A stretch of 64,000 nucleotides of DNA from Penicillus capitatus. Taxonomy: Eukaryota; Plantae; Chlorophyta. This document shows positions 1 to 11,597 of the stretch, in pieces (position 1 is the stretch's first letter; each line of letters starts with the position of its first letter). The notes below the pieces were generated by a model. The model worked only from the letters and a program-made list of their open reading frames with translations, searched no databases and was not told the DNA's origin. A program made the translations under genes and the position numbers. The stretch lies in the NCBI GenBank assembly GCA_965649825.1, contig OZ287696.1, positions 539,101 through 603,100 of the forward strand. Direction: 5' to 3'.

Positions 1-1403
1 TGTATCCTGCCAGAGTTGCCACTGCGTCGCCGCCGCCGTCCTTCCACAGTGTGTTTGATTTGGCAAAAGCGAAATCGCCAGACCTCGATGCGTTTGATCG
101 AATCTTCGACGTCTATGCCTGCGAGGCGTCATGCTCCGTCGGCGAGATGCTCTCCCAGAAGTACGGTATGACGGTAGTTGGACGAGGCCATGCGCAACGC
201 TCATTGCTCAAAGCCTGTTGCAGATGTTCCGACAGATAATCGGCAGTTTGTCATGAGCTTGAGCAACAGGTTCAGTCATGAGCAGACATGGTTCAATGCT
301 GAACGCCGCAAGAAACCGCAGATCACTACAGAGAATGGATCCGTTCAAGATCCTACGCAAAACGGCGCGTCTTGTGATTTCTGTGATCCCTATCGATTCA
401 CAGCGTCAGACGATTTTGGCAGGTCGCACATTCCATTCGGCATTTGCCCAATCGATGCTGCTAAACTTCAGGATTGAGACGCCCAGAGTGGTGTCAGCAT
501 CGAATCTGTTTAAGTACTGTGCGCCGGGTCATGGTCTGCTCGTCTTCCGCCATCACCACCCGTTGGAATTCGACTCGGCCACTGTGCATGATTTGATGCA
601 GTGTACACAGGAATGGATCAAAAAAGCGTCGAAGCAGCACCCCACTGCTTTGTACCCGCTGCTTATCTGGAATTGCTTAGAACGGTCTGGAGGCAGTCAA
701 TTCCATGGACATGCTCAGATTATGCTAAGCGAGGTGCAACCAATGCATTGCGAATTGCCCTCGATGTCGCGAGTAGGTTCCTTTACCTTGTTATCAAAGA
801 TTGAAAGCCGCCCAAGAGTCCTATGCTTCATCGTATGGCGATAAATCCTATCTGGTCACTCTTTTCGAGGCCTACCGAGAAGTGGGATTGCTGGAAACTT
901 TTGGCAATGCTTCAGAAACGTCTGCCTGCTGGGATTAGCGATGCGCTTACTGAGAGATTGCATGTGGGCGTAGGTGTGTTGTCTACCCGAGTCTCACTCC
1001 ATGGAAGGACATGGAGGTGGTGCTGTGGAGCAGCTCACTTACGACTCCTGCATTTTGCTGTGCGCTTTCTTTGGTTTTGAAGACATTGATGGAGAAGTTC
1101 GGCATGCAGAGTTTCAATGTAGGCATTCAAGGAATGTCACTGCATCACACACCTCCATCCTGGCCAGAGCCATCCGAAGTCGGCGGAGTCATGGCAAGGT
1201 CAGGATACTGCCAATGACGATGCCATAGATGGAGAACCCTGCCGCCTAGAGTGGTATCTCGTGGGAAGATGACCAGCCGCGCCTCCGATTTTGGCGGAAT
1301 GGAGGTGTTTGGAGGCGCATCGATCGGACACACAGATCCCTTTGAGATAAAGAGAGTCATTCACGAAGACTTTCTGCAGTCACAAGAGAGGACGGATATC
1401 TAA
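1..1403 (+). CDS. Uncharacterised HIT-superfamily protein, GalT/Apa1-like branch (5' partial, multi-exon)
   Basis: Exons join to ...FKYCAPGHGLLVFRHHHP...LLIWNCLERSGGSQFHGHAQ (HxHxQ motif)...SFNVGI...SDFGGMEVFGGASIGHTDPF; TAA at 1401-1403; frame is open at the window start. Confidence 0.7.
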
Positions 1404-1430
1404 AGCTGTTCGTTGGGTACAATCTCATAT

Positions 1431-3618
1431 TCATTCCTTTTTTCGAAAACGGAGAAAAGGGATCCGTTTTCGCACCGCTGGCTCTTCTTTCTGGTCATTG
1501 GATTCTTCATTCAGATCAAAGCGCACAGTTGGCCGGGTCTTGCTTTTCTCTTTCGGCGACGTCGAGACCCTTTCTGTAAAGGAGTTCTGACTACCCGTCA
1601 GTTCCCGATTCAGACGATGAGCGGGATGGAAGATGTTTTGTTGGTTGCTCGGGAAGAAGGAATAACTTGGCAGTCGATTGAGGGAGGACTCCAGCAACAA
1701 ATCCCTGTCACGCTCCTCCTCCTCACTCTTGGAGAAGACCATGTGAACGAGACTAAGCGATTGCTGTGAACTCCGTAGCTGCAGATCATCTTTAGGAGGA
1801 GGCACACGATCCACCTCCGTCGCAAAGCGCCGGGAAGGAAAGGACGGTGTGCGCCCAACCATCTCCGGGCCCACAGGAGACGAAGAAGAGAGGGGACTCT
1901 TTGGCAGATGCGTTTTCTCCCGAGAAGAACGAGGAGCGCCCTTCTTTTCTGTTGCGATGGGCTTGGGCTTGGGAGTTCTTGAAAGAGGGGGTAATATTAT
2001 TTGCTTTGGAGGGGGAGATTGTGACCGAGGTTCTTGACTCTCTTCTTCGATCTTGTTTTCTTCCAACTCCTCTTCTTTGCTCTCCACTGTTGTCGTTTCT
2101 ACGTCGATGCTGGACTCTACTTCTGGCAATGCAGAGGAAGAGGATGTTTCTGCTTCATTCGTCTCCACTTCTGTATGTTGCACATCAGATCCCATGTGCT
2201 TCGTGATCCATGGGTGTGCTAACAACAGGTCGATGGATGGCCGCAGTCGAATGTTCTATTCAATACACCGTCCATCCACCGTTGAGATCTGTGCCTCAGT
2301 CGCAGAGACCAACCTTGGACAATGCTTGTTTAATGAATTCTTGGCAGTCCGTAGACATCTCTTGTGGGAATTTGGGATCGTCATGCATGATTGAGTTGTA
2401 TGTCGTGGAACGCGATTCCTGACATTGAATGATGATCCTTCGAGCACCAAACACTGTCTTACGTTTTCAAAGGGCGGAGATCCTGTCATGATCTCGAATG
2501 TCAGTATTCCGGCTGCCCAGATATCAACCTAGAGTGTGTTCTCCCGTGTTCGGTCCATTGTTCAAAGACATGTGGACTCGGGAATCGTAGACGATGGATC
2601 TATTGTTTTTGTTGTCTTCAGGGTATGTCTTGTTTGGGCAGTTGAGCACTTCTGGTGCCATGTAGTCCAATGTCCCAGCCCGTGTCACTGGGCGCTCCTT
2701 TGTCTCGTCAATGGAGAGGCCAAAATCTACGGAGCCGCGAAAATTACAAACAGTCATCGCTCGCACTTTGCATCGAGCATCTACCAGCGAGTTTGATCTT
2801 GCCATCTCGAGTCACGAAGATATTTTCAGGTTTGATGTCTCTGTGTATGACACCCTAATGCATCCAGACCGTCACTTGCGATTCGCTCTTTCAGGACAAC
2901 GACCTTCGCGTGGAGGTACTGCACGGATGAGAGAAAGGGATAGACGATTTGCCGAACGGCGTCCTCTTCACTCATCTTCGTCGCTGGTTTCTCTTTGATC
3001 TCGCCAAAGAGATCTCCCTAAACACGTCGAACATTTCTGCCCGGATACTGTAACGGACGAAGAGAGAGAACCTTTTCTGCGTATTCCTGGACCAAGTAGA
3101 CATACTTCGCGTCCTCGAATGCCGCATACTGTCGACAGAGCATCTCCTGACGATCGCGAAATGTCTGCTTGCAGACGGCTAACCATATCAATAATGTGCT
3201 CGTGGCTCAGTTCGGTATGCAAGAGGATCTCTCTTTCCACTTGAAATCTGTTGAGGACGCTCAGCTTGCTTTTTCGGTAGAGCTTCAGAACGACGATGAG
3301 GGAAGAGATTTTATCGAACGCGACGTAGACCAGCGAACTCTTTCCTTTATACAACGCTTCGGCCAGTTCAAACGATTCCATACACCTGGGAGCCCGTTCG
3401 CTATGCCTTGGGCCGTCGGCGCACAGTTATCACCATCGCCCTTCTGGACGTTGCATTTTGGCTGGCAGCGACGGCGAAACACGGACGAGGCGCGATTTTG
3501 CGCAGTTCCATTGAATGTCGATATCGTTCTTGAGGCCACTGCCTAGTTCACAACGCGGTTCTTCGCAGCACGATGATGCGCAGCCGCTGTCTCGGTGACA
3601 TAAATTCTCCTCCTTCAT
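1431..3618 (-). CDS. Aurora-like Ser/Thr protein kinase with long disordered C-terminal tail
   Basis: [26 protein letters not shown], spliced [22 protein letters not shown]; tail is ORF 1431..2225. Start codon approximate. Confidence 0.9.
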
Positions 3619-3800
3619 TTTCGTCCCTGACAGCATGCATTCATCTAAGCTTAGCTGGCTTGAACGTGGAGCGAAAGCTATGTGAATATGCTGTGGTGTG
3701 CCTCAAAAGCCACGACAGCCAGAATTCTCTCGCAACCGTCTACGGGTTTCGCTTTTAAGCACGTCGACGACACAATTGGAGATACACCATTACTCGAAGC

Positions 3801-4365
3801 ATGGCGCACTTGTCTCATCCCACGGCGTTAAGGGAAAACGTTCCTCGGCGTATTACCCTCCATGCGCACAACGCTGCGAAACGAACCACAGCCTTCTGTC
3901 GTCGTCCACGTATCCCCCTGCGTGGAGGTATGCATTCCCTGTCCGTCCGTACTGTTGCTTGGCAATGCAGCGCTCTCTGTTTCTAGTTTTTGTTAAAGTA
4001 TTGGTCGTTGCTGCTCTGCCATGGATTGCCGATATGGTTGTCACGCGACTCGTACGTGAGATACCTCTCCTAGACCCTAGTTTCGTAAATTGCCATGCAG
4101 AAACCCAAAGAATGTCGCAAATGCGGAGGAGCCCGTACATTGTCCTGTCCGCTCTGCAAGTCACAGAGAAAGGTATATTGTCCATCTCTCTCTCACTTTC
4201 CAAAACTCCTCATGTCATGACCAGGTGAGCGGCTTCTTCAGGGCTTCCCAGCTGCGAGGCTGTACTCGGTGTCAAGGGGAAGGCAGAATTCCATGTCCAC
4301 ATTGTCGAGCGACAGGAATTCAGAATAATTGGCTTTGGAGCTCCACTAGAACAAGCACCTCGTAG
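3801..4365 (+). CDS. DnaJ-type zinc-finger protein with probable plastid transit peptide and one TM helix
   Basis: Four exons give MAHLSH...GVFVKVLVVAALPWIADMVVTRL-KPKECRKCGGARTLSCPLCK...CTRCQGEGRIPCPHCRATG (four CxxC). Confidence 0.75.
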
Positions 4366-4405
4366 ATCCTTGATGCTCCATCCACCATGTCGTACACTGC
4401 ATCGA

Positions 4406-4410
4406 TGTAA
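4406..4410 (+). promoter_or_regulatory. TGTAA chlorophyte polyadenylation signal directly abutting the next ATG
   Basis: gaTGTAAatg, downstream of the zinc-finger stop at 4365. TGTAA is the established green-algal poly(A) signal. Confidence 0.5.
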
Positions 4411-5693
4411 ATGTCGCAGAAACGTGAAGACGTCCGTCCTCGCTTTCGAGCGCGCGCTATCTGTGATGCCATTGCCGGTGCTTTGTCAGGAGGCGTTTCG
4501 CGTTTTGCAGTGGGTCCTCTCGATGTTCTGAAAATTCGTTTTCAAATTCAGATCGAACCCATCTCGACACAGTTCGCCACGAGGCGGCCAAAATACACTG
4601 GCATCCTTCAAGCCTTCCAAACCATTATCAGAGAGGAGGGCATCACAGTGGATCCAACGCACTCAAATGATAGACGCATAGATTTGGCGCCATGTATGAT
4701 AGGCGCTGTGGAAAGGCACAGTGCCAGGTCAGCTGCTGACCATTCCGTACACAGCCATTCAGTTCGTGGCCTTGAACAGCAGTCGATCCTTTCTTCAGAG
4801 ATTTGAATGGGCAGGTCAGTGATGTTGACGTCTCACTCTTTTGGCCGATTCTCACTCTTCTATATCCACAGAGATGCACCAAACGTGGGTGTCCTTTGTC
4901 AGCGGGGGCGTAGCCGGCGCTGCTGCAACATTGGGTTCCTATCCTTTCGATCTGCTGCGGACAACCCTCGCGGCTCAAGGTTTGCCAAAGGTCACACGAC
5001 TGCAGGACGAAGCCAGATGTGTCAGTCAGTGATGGTAGGTCTATGATGGGATGTTCGATGCAGCATGGCACATCTACAAAGCACATGGTATTGCTGGTCT
5101 CTATGGTGGCATCACCGTCACGTTGATCGAAATCGTCCCCTACTCGGCCTTGCAATTCGCATCGTATGACTTCTTTCATCAGACGGTTCACTCTTTCAAG
5201 GTTTCCATCCCATTTCGTATCACCGCTGCAGATTCTGTGCCTCGTAGATATCAAGAGGACGACCAGAAAAGCGAACAGCCCTTGACAATTTTTTCTGTGG
5301 CCTCGCTGCAGGTCTGATCCTGTCTGGACAACAAAGGACCTCAGATCTTTCCCTTTACAGGAATTGTGAGCAAATTGGCAACGCATCCATTGGATGTCGT
5401 GAAGAAACGTTACCAAGTGGCAGGACTGCAGCGATCTCTGCGCTACGGCCAACGTGTCGATGTTCGTAATGTACAGACATTGGCACGATCTTTTCACATG
5501 GTGATCCGCAAAGAAGGCATAAGAGGACTGTGGAAAGGCAGCCTGCCAAACATCCTCAAGGCACCCTTCCCTCACAGACATCCTTGTGAACTCAGGGATG
5601 TGTTGTTAGGCTGGACCAGCTGCTGCGGTGACACTCGTGAGTTATGAATTCTTGATCGGGCTGCTCGCACAAACGATGGACGTGGATGCATGA
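4411..5693 (+). CDS. Mitochondrial carrier, thiamine pyrophosphate carrier-like (SLC25A19/TPC1 type)
   Basis: Three carrier repeats [38 protein letters not shown]; [16 protein letters not shown]; 7 exons; TGA at 5691-5693. Confidence 0.88.
5561..5609 (+). other. GC-AG intron (49 nt)
   Basis: AAG|GCACCC...TTAG|GCT restores [10 protein letters not shown] of the carrier. Confidence 0.8.
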
Positions 5694-5768
5694 ATGATAA
5701 AATGGACGAATGATCATTTTGTCGCCTGTCATCATCATTTCCTCGTTCACTCGCGCTGCGCTATCGAG

Positions 5769-7168
5769 ATGGCGACGGAATTTGGGACGTGTCGCAGCGA
5801 AGTGGCGTCGTTGGGGAAACCTGACTACTATACCGAGCTCAAAACGCAGCAACGCGAACTCGAGTTTCTCGAAATTCAGGCTTACCCTCACTGCCTGCTG
5901 TTCTCGAGTACAATGACATTCCTTACAGGAAGAGTACATCAAAGAGGAGCAGCGTAACCTGAAACGCGAGTTGCTTAGAGCACAGGAAGAGGTGAAGCGT
6001 ATCCAGTCCGTTCCCCTAGTGATCGGGCAGTTTCTGGAAATGATTGATACGAATACGGGAATTGTGGGCAGCACGACTGGATCCAACTACTACGTCCGTG
6101 TGCTCAGTACACTCAACAGGTCATGATCACCTGGTCATGTCAGCCCGGCTGATGTGGTGGTCATACAGGGAGTTGATGAAGCCGTCTGCTTCGGTGGCGC
6201 TGCACCGTCATTCCAATGCACTCGTGGACATTTTGCCACCCGAGGCCGATTCGAGCATCTCGATGCTCTCCGATTCCGAGAAACCGGATGTGAGTTATCA
6301 GGACATTGGAGGATTAGACATTCAGAAACAGGAGATCCGTGAAGCGGTGGAGTTGCCGTTGACGCATCACGATCTCTATACGCAGATTGGCATCGATCCC
6401 CCACGTGGCGTCCTCCTCTACGGTCCTCCGGGGACAGGAAAGACCATGTTGGCCAAGGCGGTGGCCAAGCACACGACAGCGTCCTTCATTCGCGTTGTGG
6501 GATCGGAATTCGTACAGAAGTACCTTGGAGAGGGCCCAAGAATGGTCCGCGATGTCTTTCGCCTTGCCAAAGAGAATGCTCCTGCCATTATCTTCATCGA
6601 CGAAGTGGACGCCATCGCAACTGCGAGATTCGATGCACAAACAGGTACCCCTGCTGCCTGTCACTTCAAAGCTTGTCCTTATGTTGTCGGTTTCTGCGGC
6701 AGGAGCGGATCGTGAGGTGCAGCGGATTCTGCTAGAATTGCTGAACCAGATGGATGGCTTCGACCAGAACACGAACGTGAAAGTCATCATGGCAACAAAC
6801 CGACACGATACACTAGATCCTGCACTGCTTCGTCCTGGAAGACTGGATCGAAAAATCGAGTTTCCGATGCCAGATCGCCGAGAGAAGCGTCTTGTTTTTC
6901 AAGTGTGCACCAACAAGATGAATCTGAGCGATGAAGTGGATCTGGAGGACTACGTTTCGAGACCAGACAAAATCAGCGCCGCCGATATCACGTCTATCTG
7001 CCAAGAAGCTGGCATGCACGCTGTCCGCAAAAACAGGTCTCCCTCTACTCTGTATGATCCATGTGTGAGGAGTTCAGCGATAGGTACGTGATTTTGCCGA
7101 AGGATTTTGAGAAGGGATACAAATCTATCGTACGGGGATTCGATTCTGAGTTTGCTTTCTATAAGTGA
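5769..7168 (+). CDS. RPT3: 26S proteasome AAA-ATPase subunit 6B
   Basis: [69 protein letters not shown]; introns 5880-5928, 6120-6168, 6645-6702, 7037-7083. Confidence 0.97.
5880..5928 (+). other. GC-AG intron (49 nt)
   Basis: CAG|GCTTAC...ACAG|GAA restores the conserved EIQ-EEY of RPT3. Confidence 0.85.
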
Positions 7169-7171
7169 AGC

Positions 7172-7613
7172 TTACAACGATTGTTCTCCAACAACAATTC
7201 TGAAATCATCAAATCCTTCCAGATAGATGAGAGCTTCCTGAATCATCTGCTGTCTTTCGCGGATCTCTTCGATCAACTCCTTGGAATGATGATCCACGTC
7301 ATCGTAGTTCAGCAGAGGCTCATCGTTGTCGTCATATCGACGAAGACACGGACGTCGTTCCTAACACCGTGCAGCAACAAATTCGGTGACATTGCCTGTC
7401 CGTCCATGTCACCATCGCCGTCTTTGCAGAAGAGTAGCCGTTGCCTTCTATCAGCAACCGGCGACGGTCGTCGCACTTGACAGTCTGAACGCGTCTTCGC
7501 GTCACCAAACACGGCTACGACGCAGAGGCGATCCGTCGAGCAATGCCGTGACGATCTAGCACAGTAGGCAGCACACGCTTCCGAATAGAACTGCACAAGA
7601 GCTCTGTAGTCAT
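7172..7613 (-). CDS. Hypothetical protein, about 115 aa, possibly organelle-targeted
   Basis: Three exons with about 50-nt GT-AG introns give MTTELLCSSIRKRVLPT-PCLVTRRRV...AM-ERRPCLRRYDDNDEPLLNYDDVDHHSKELIEEIRERQQMIQEALIY...; no family recognised. Confidence 0.5.
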
Positions 7614-7925
7614 TTCGTCGCGGAAATGCCTCCTTCTCGCTCGATGTCGTCTCTATGAGCTACACCTTACCAGAATCGCCAACAAAGCACAGAATTCCAA
7701 GTGATGCCCTTCCGAGAGCACGGAGGCGAGGCACTAACGATATCGACATCGGCATCCGTCACGTTCGCCAGTGGATTCAAAACTTTTTCCATACTCGCCG
7801 TGTGGATAGATCAAAAGCTGTCGCCGTTAACGCATAACCCGAACGGGCACATATTCGATATCGACAACAAAGACTCGACAAAATGCACAGTCGTTAACAC
7901 CGAGTGCGTGGAAAAGAGCGTCAGA

Positions 7926-8393
7926 CTACCACTGTTTTTCTTTCAAGCGCTTCAAACATGCGGCATTTGAGTTATTGGGCCGCCTTCCAACGTCATCTCC
8001 CTTGTACTTACGAAACCTACAGCGCCAAAATCGTTGGCATACCGTTCCTTGCTCGGCAGTCGAGTCCTACCGGCGTTTGGGAGAGTCACAGGCAGGACAC
8101 TTGTAGGAATTGGGCTCTTTGGAAAAATCCGCACCGACATAGATATAGCCGCAGTCGATGCAGATAAAGGATTCCGTTGCCGACGCAGATTTGGATCCAA
8201 AACCGAACAGACTCACGACTGCTGTTCCCGACGACGCGTACTCGGGTCGAGCACTGCCGAGGTGTCGCGTTTGGAGGGCAGACGTGTGCCAGTCCTGTCG
8301 AAAACGGCTCTTAGCACTGATAACCCCAGACCTGCGCTGCAGTCTACTGGGCAACAGTGTTCCTGCCAGACCAGTTGTCGATCTCCGAATCAT
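7926..8393 (-). CDS. Rubredoxin-domain protein, probably plastid-targeted
   Basis: FICIDCGYIY...YKCPACDSPKRR, spliced to FRKYKGDD...KQW*. Confidence 0.85.
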
Positions 8394-8411
8394 GGAGTTT
8401 AATACCGTATG

Positions 8412-10318
8412 TCAGTCGTACAAATCGGATTGGGTATATTCGTAAGGCAATGGTAAAGGAATTGGACCAATAGCAGTGGGGTTGGGTACAGAAATGCCCA
8501 TCAGCTTCTCGACAAACACATCTCTCCCAGTATCGTCCATCCATCCTTGAATAAATTGCTTTAATAGATCTGGCTGATCCTGCAAGTGCCGAAAAGTCCA
8601 TTGGACAATTTGGTCTTCTGTTTTGCCGCTCAGTTCATCGACTGGCAGCGCATAGCAGCTTCCTTGCTGCTTCTCTGACGAGCCATCATTGCACGGAGAC
8701 ATAACGGAGACCTTTTGCCTGAGTGTATGATAATCATAGCTCGTGGCTCCAAACAGAGGAGGAGATCGGGCGTGAGGTAACAACGGGTTGTGTGACACCG
8801 ATCGCACCAGATCCTGAGTCGAGATGTCGTACGACTTTATCGATGCATTCATGGGAAGCTTGACCATGGTCTGAGGAACAACGGAGGGTGCCGTTGAGCT
8901 CTGAACAGTAGATGATATACTGCCACTCAGCGGATGACAGTTCAGTGTTGGCATGTCTAAGATGCACTGCGTTGGCGGAGATGTCTCTGAAACGGTTGGC
9001 GTCGGGACGACTCTGATCGGCTCGATGGATGTCGGCCACGTTGCATCTGGCAGGACGTCACTGACATTCTCCACACCCGATGGCGTCGACGTTCGCGAAG
9101 ATTTTCGAAAACGTGGCTCTCCATTCGTCAGGTGCATTTGTTCTGTGAGTGTCTCCCGAGAAAACAGATACGTGTTGTCTCTCACGGAGTTGGTTGGAGG
9201 GCAAGGTGACAAACTGCGTTGATGCCTCTGTGTTCTGCACTTGAGCTGAAATCCTGGAGGCTCTTTCTGCTGCAGTTTCCTTGAACTGCCGGTTCTGTTG
9301 GACATCGTCGATATCGACTCCATTTGACTGCCAGACTCTGAAGAATTTCCATCAGCCTACACTCCATTGACAACGACGGATTCTATCGGCAAAGCACTCG
9401 ACCTGCCACGGAAGCACAGGGATGGGTACAGGTATGTCATCTGCTAACTGCATTGGTTGCGGCAGCATTCTTTCCGTCCCCTTATGCAGAACAATGTGAT
9501 ACAACGCCCGCGATTCAATTCTGCAAACCACAACATTTGCGATCTGTCACATCATCATTGTCTGGCAGGCATGTGAGCCCCCAGACCTGAAGCACTCAGT
9601 CAGGATGGCACGCTCCGTCTGCAGTTTGGCGTTCCACATCTCGCTGTAAGGTTGTGGAGCCTTGGCAGCATGGATCGGTGTGGGACTTCGGATGACGACG
9701 ACAAGACGTTCGCCCTTGTCTTGGTGTACGGCATCGACAATGTGTGATCCGTTCACTTCGGATGTGGCTTTCTGAATCTCGACCACCGATACCTTCTCCT
9801 TCAATTCTTGAAATGGCTGCATGACGACGAGTGTCAATAAATACCCATCTTCTGTCACCAGCTTCCCAATGCTCTCAATGGATGACAGGATTCCATTGCC
9901 ACATGGCAATACTCTCTTCACACGTGTCACATCAAACTGCCAACAGATCGTACGACAAGATGATCGAAGAGATCGGGCACACCTGACCATCTGACGAAAC
10001 GGCTGTTGCTGTGACGAACTCTCGTCTCTCCGAAAGGACGTCATTGGGGAAACCGAGTTTATCAATCGTCGGATCGGCGGCGGTGTCTTCGGAGTTAGAC
10101 ATCTCAAATAGCACGGCACCACGTGTGCTCTGTTCACGCGTCTCTTTGGCCACTTGTATTACAGAAGAGGCTATTTCGGTTGGCGGGATAAAACGCAAGG
10201 ACCCCATGGCGCTTCGACCCCGGACACCATCACGCCAATGGAATAAATCACGGTAGAGATTGTCGCTCGGCGGTAAACCTGCAGCGACGTTATGGTCGAG
10301 CATAGCATCGTCCAACAT
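8412..10318 (-). CDS. Large multi-exon hypothetical protein with Ser/Thr/Pro-rich C-terminal half
   Basis: Chain of same-strand ORFs 9932..10477, 9547..10137 and 8412..9323 with protein-like composition; no motif recognised; start uncertain. Confidence 0.55.
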
Positions 10319-10351
10319 CTCGGACGCGGACTGAGAACACATCGACGAACG

Positions 10352-11572
10352 ATGGAAACGTCCCATCATCAACCCGACGGCAACGACGCAAAGATGTCGA
10401 CGAACGCGATGCTCTCGGCGAATCAACTGGCACGGCGACGCGAAGGAGCAGTTCGGCAACTGCTTTATCGTTATCAAGAGGAGTATGTGGAGCTCCTGAA
10501 GCTCCTGGAAAGTCGATGTCCGGCATGGAGCAAACAGTCATCTCCGACCAAAACGGTCGCGGAGCAGAAGAGCGTTTTGACGGACAAGTTCGACAAGTAT
10601 CTCAAAGGTCTGACCATACGGCGTGGTTTCTAACGTGACGCGCGGTGTGCTGACCATAGAACGGTTAGAAATGCAAGATATCGAAGAAGAGGAGCTGCTG
10701 GAGCTGAGGAGGTTTGGAGTGCCCATTGTCTCGAAAAAGAGACTAAGAGATCCTAGCAATGTGCCACTCTTTGCCGAGACAGAGGCGTTCCTCGCTACAG
10801 CATTGACTCAGACGACGAGCGCTTCCCAATCGGAACCCAATTTGCAAGCAGCGTCCGTTTCATCTGATCCACAAGATCCGCCATCGGATTCCTCTGCAGA
10901 TGTGCCAATATCGGACAGTTCTGAAAAAGCAGAGACAGAGACAGCGAGCAGATTGGAGAGATTAGAGGCGTTTGCTAGCAGTGCCTGTTATCGAGCAATG
11001 GACAGAGAAGATGATCTGATCTGTCTGGTTGGGCACCGCGGAAAGTATGCCGTACGGCGAAACGCCTTCACCATTGGATGCATCCTCCCACCGATAGCCG
11101 CCATTCATCGCGATGCAGCAACAGAACCTCCAAGTCACATCGGCCGAAGTAAGGATCCTCTTCGGGCGATGACAAGCGACGTCGATCGGCCTTCTCAGAG
11201 CGAAAAGCCGTCGGAGAACCGACACGGGAGCAGCGAGATGCGAAGGATGTAGATGTGGATCTGGGCAAGGAAGGCAAGCAGTGCAAGGAGACATGCGTTT
11301 TTGCCCATGTGTGGTTCAAGCACAACGGACTCCTCTGCATCAGAGCTGTCGGTCGCCGCGATATCTTGATCGACGGAAATGAGGTAAGTGTTTGGAAAGA
11401 GCACAAACAAACATGTGAGAGGATGGTGTGGTTTCAGCTAAAACCTGAAGATGTTGCTTTTTTGAAGCATTGGAGTTTGTTGGAGATTGAGGGGATCGCG
11501 CTCATGGTACTGATGAATCAGAATGCGATACACCGACTGCGAAAACGGTCCAAACATGAAATCAACATTTAA
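10352..11572 (+). CDS. FHA-domain protein, MCRS1/microspherule-like C-terminal FHA
   Basis: LVGHRGKYAVRRNAFTIG...DVDLGKEG...HNGLLCIRAVGRRDILIDG...SLLEIEGIALMVLMNQ follows the MCRS1-type FHA pattern; start uncertain. Confidence 0.7.
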
Positions 11573-11597
11573 GGCATTCGGAGTTTCTCGGGTCTTT

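Noticed and set aside
4643-5581. 312-aa minus-strand ORF
   Set aside because: Antisense shadow of the mitochondrial carrier; no recognisable motif.
7297-7311. ORF ending MSLC-TGA as a possible selenocysteine codon
   Set aside because: The spliced model uses a different frame here (EPLLNYDD), so the TGA is out of frame; no Sec-family motif.
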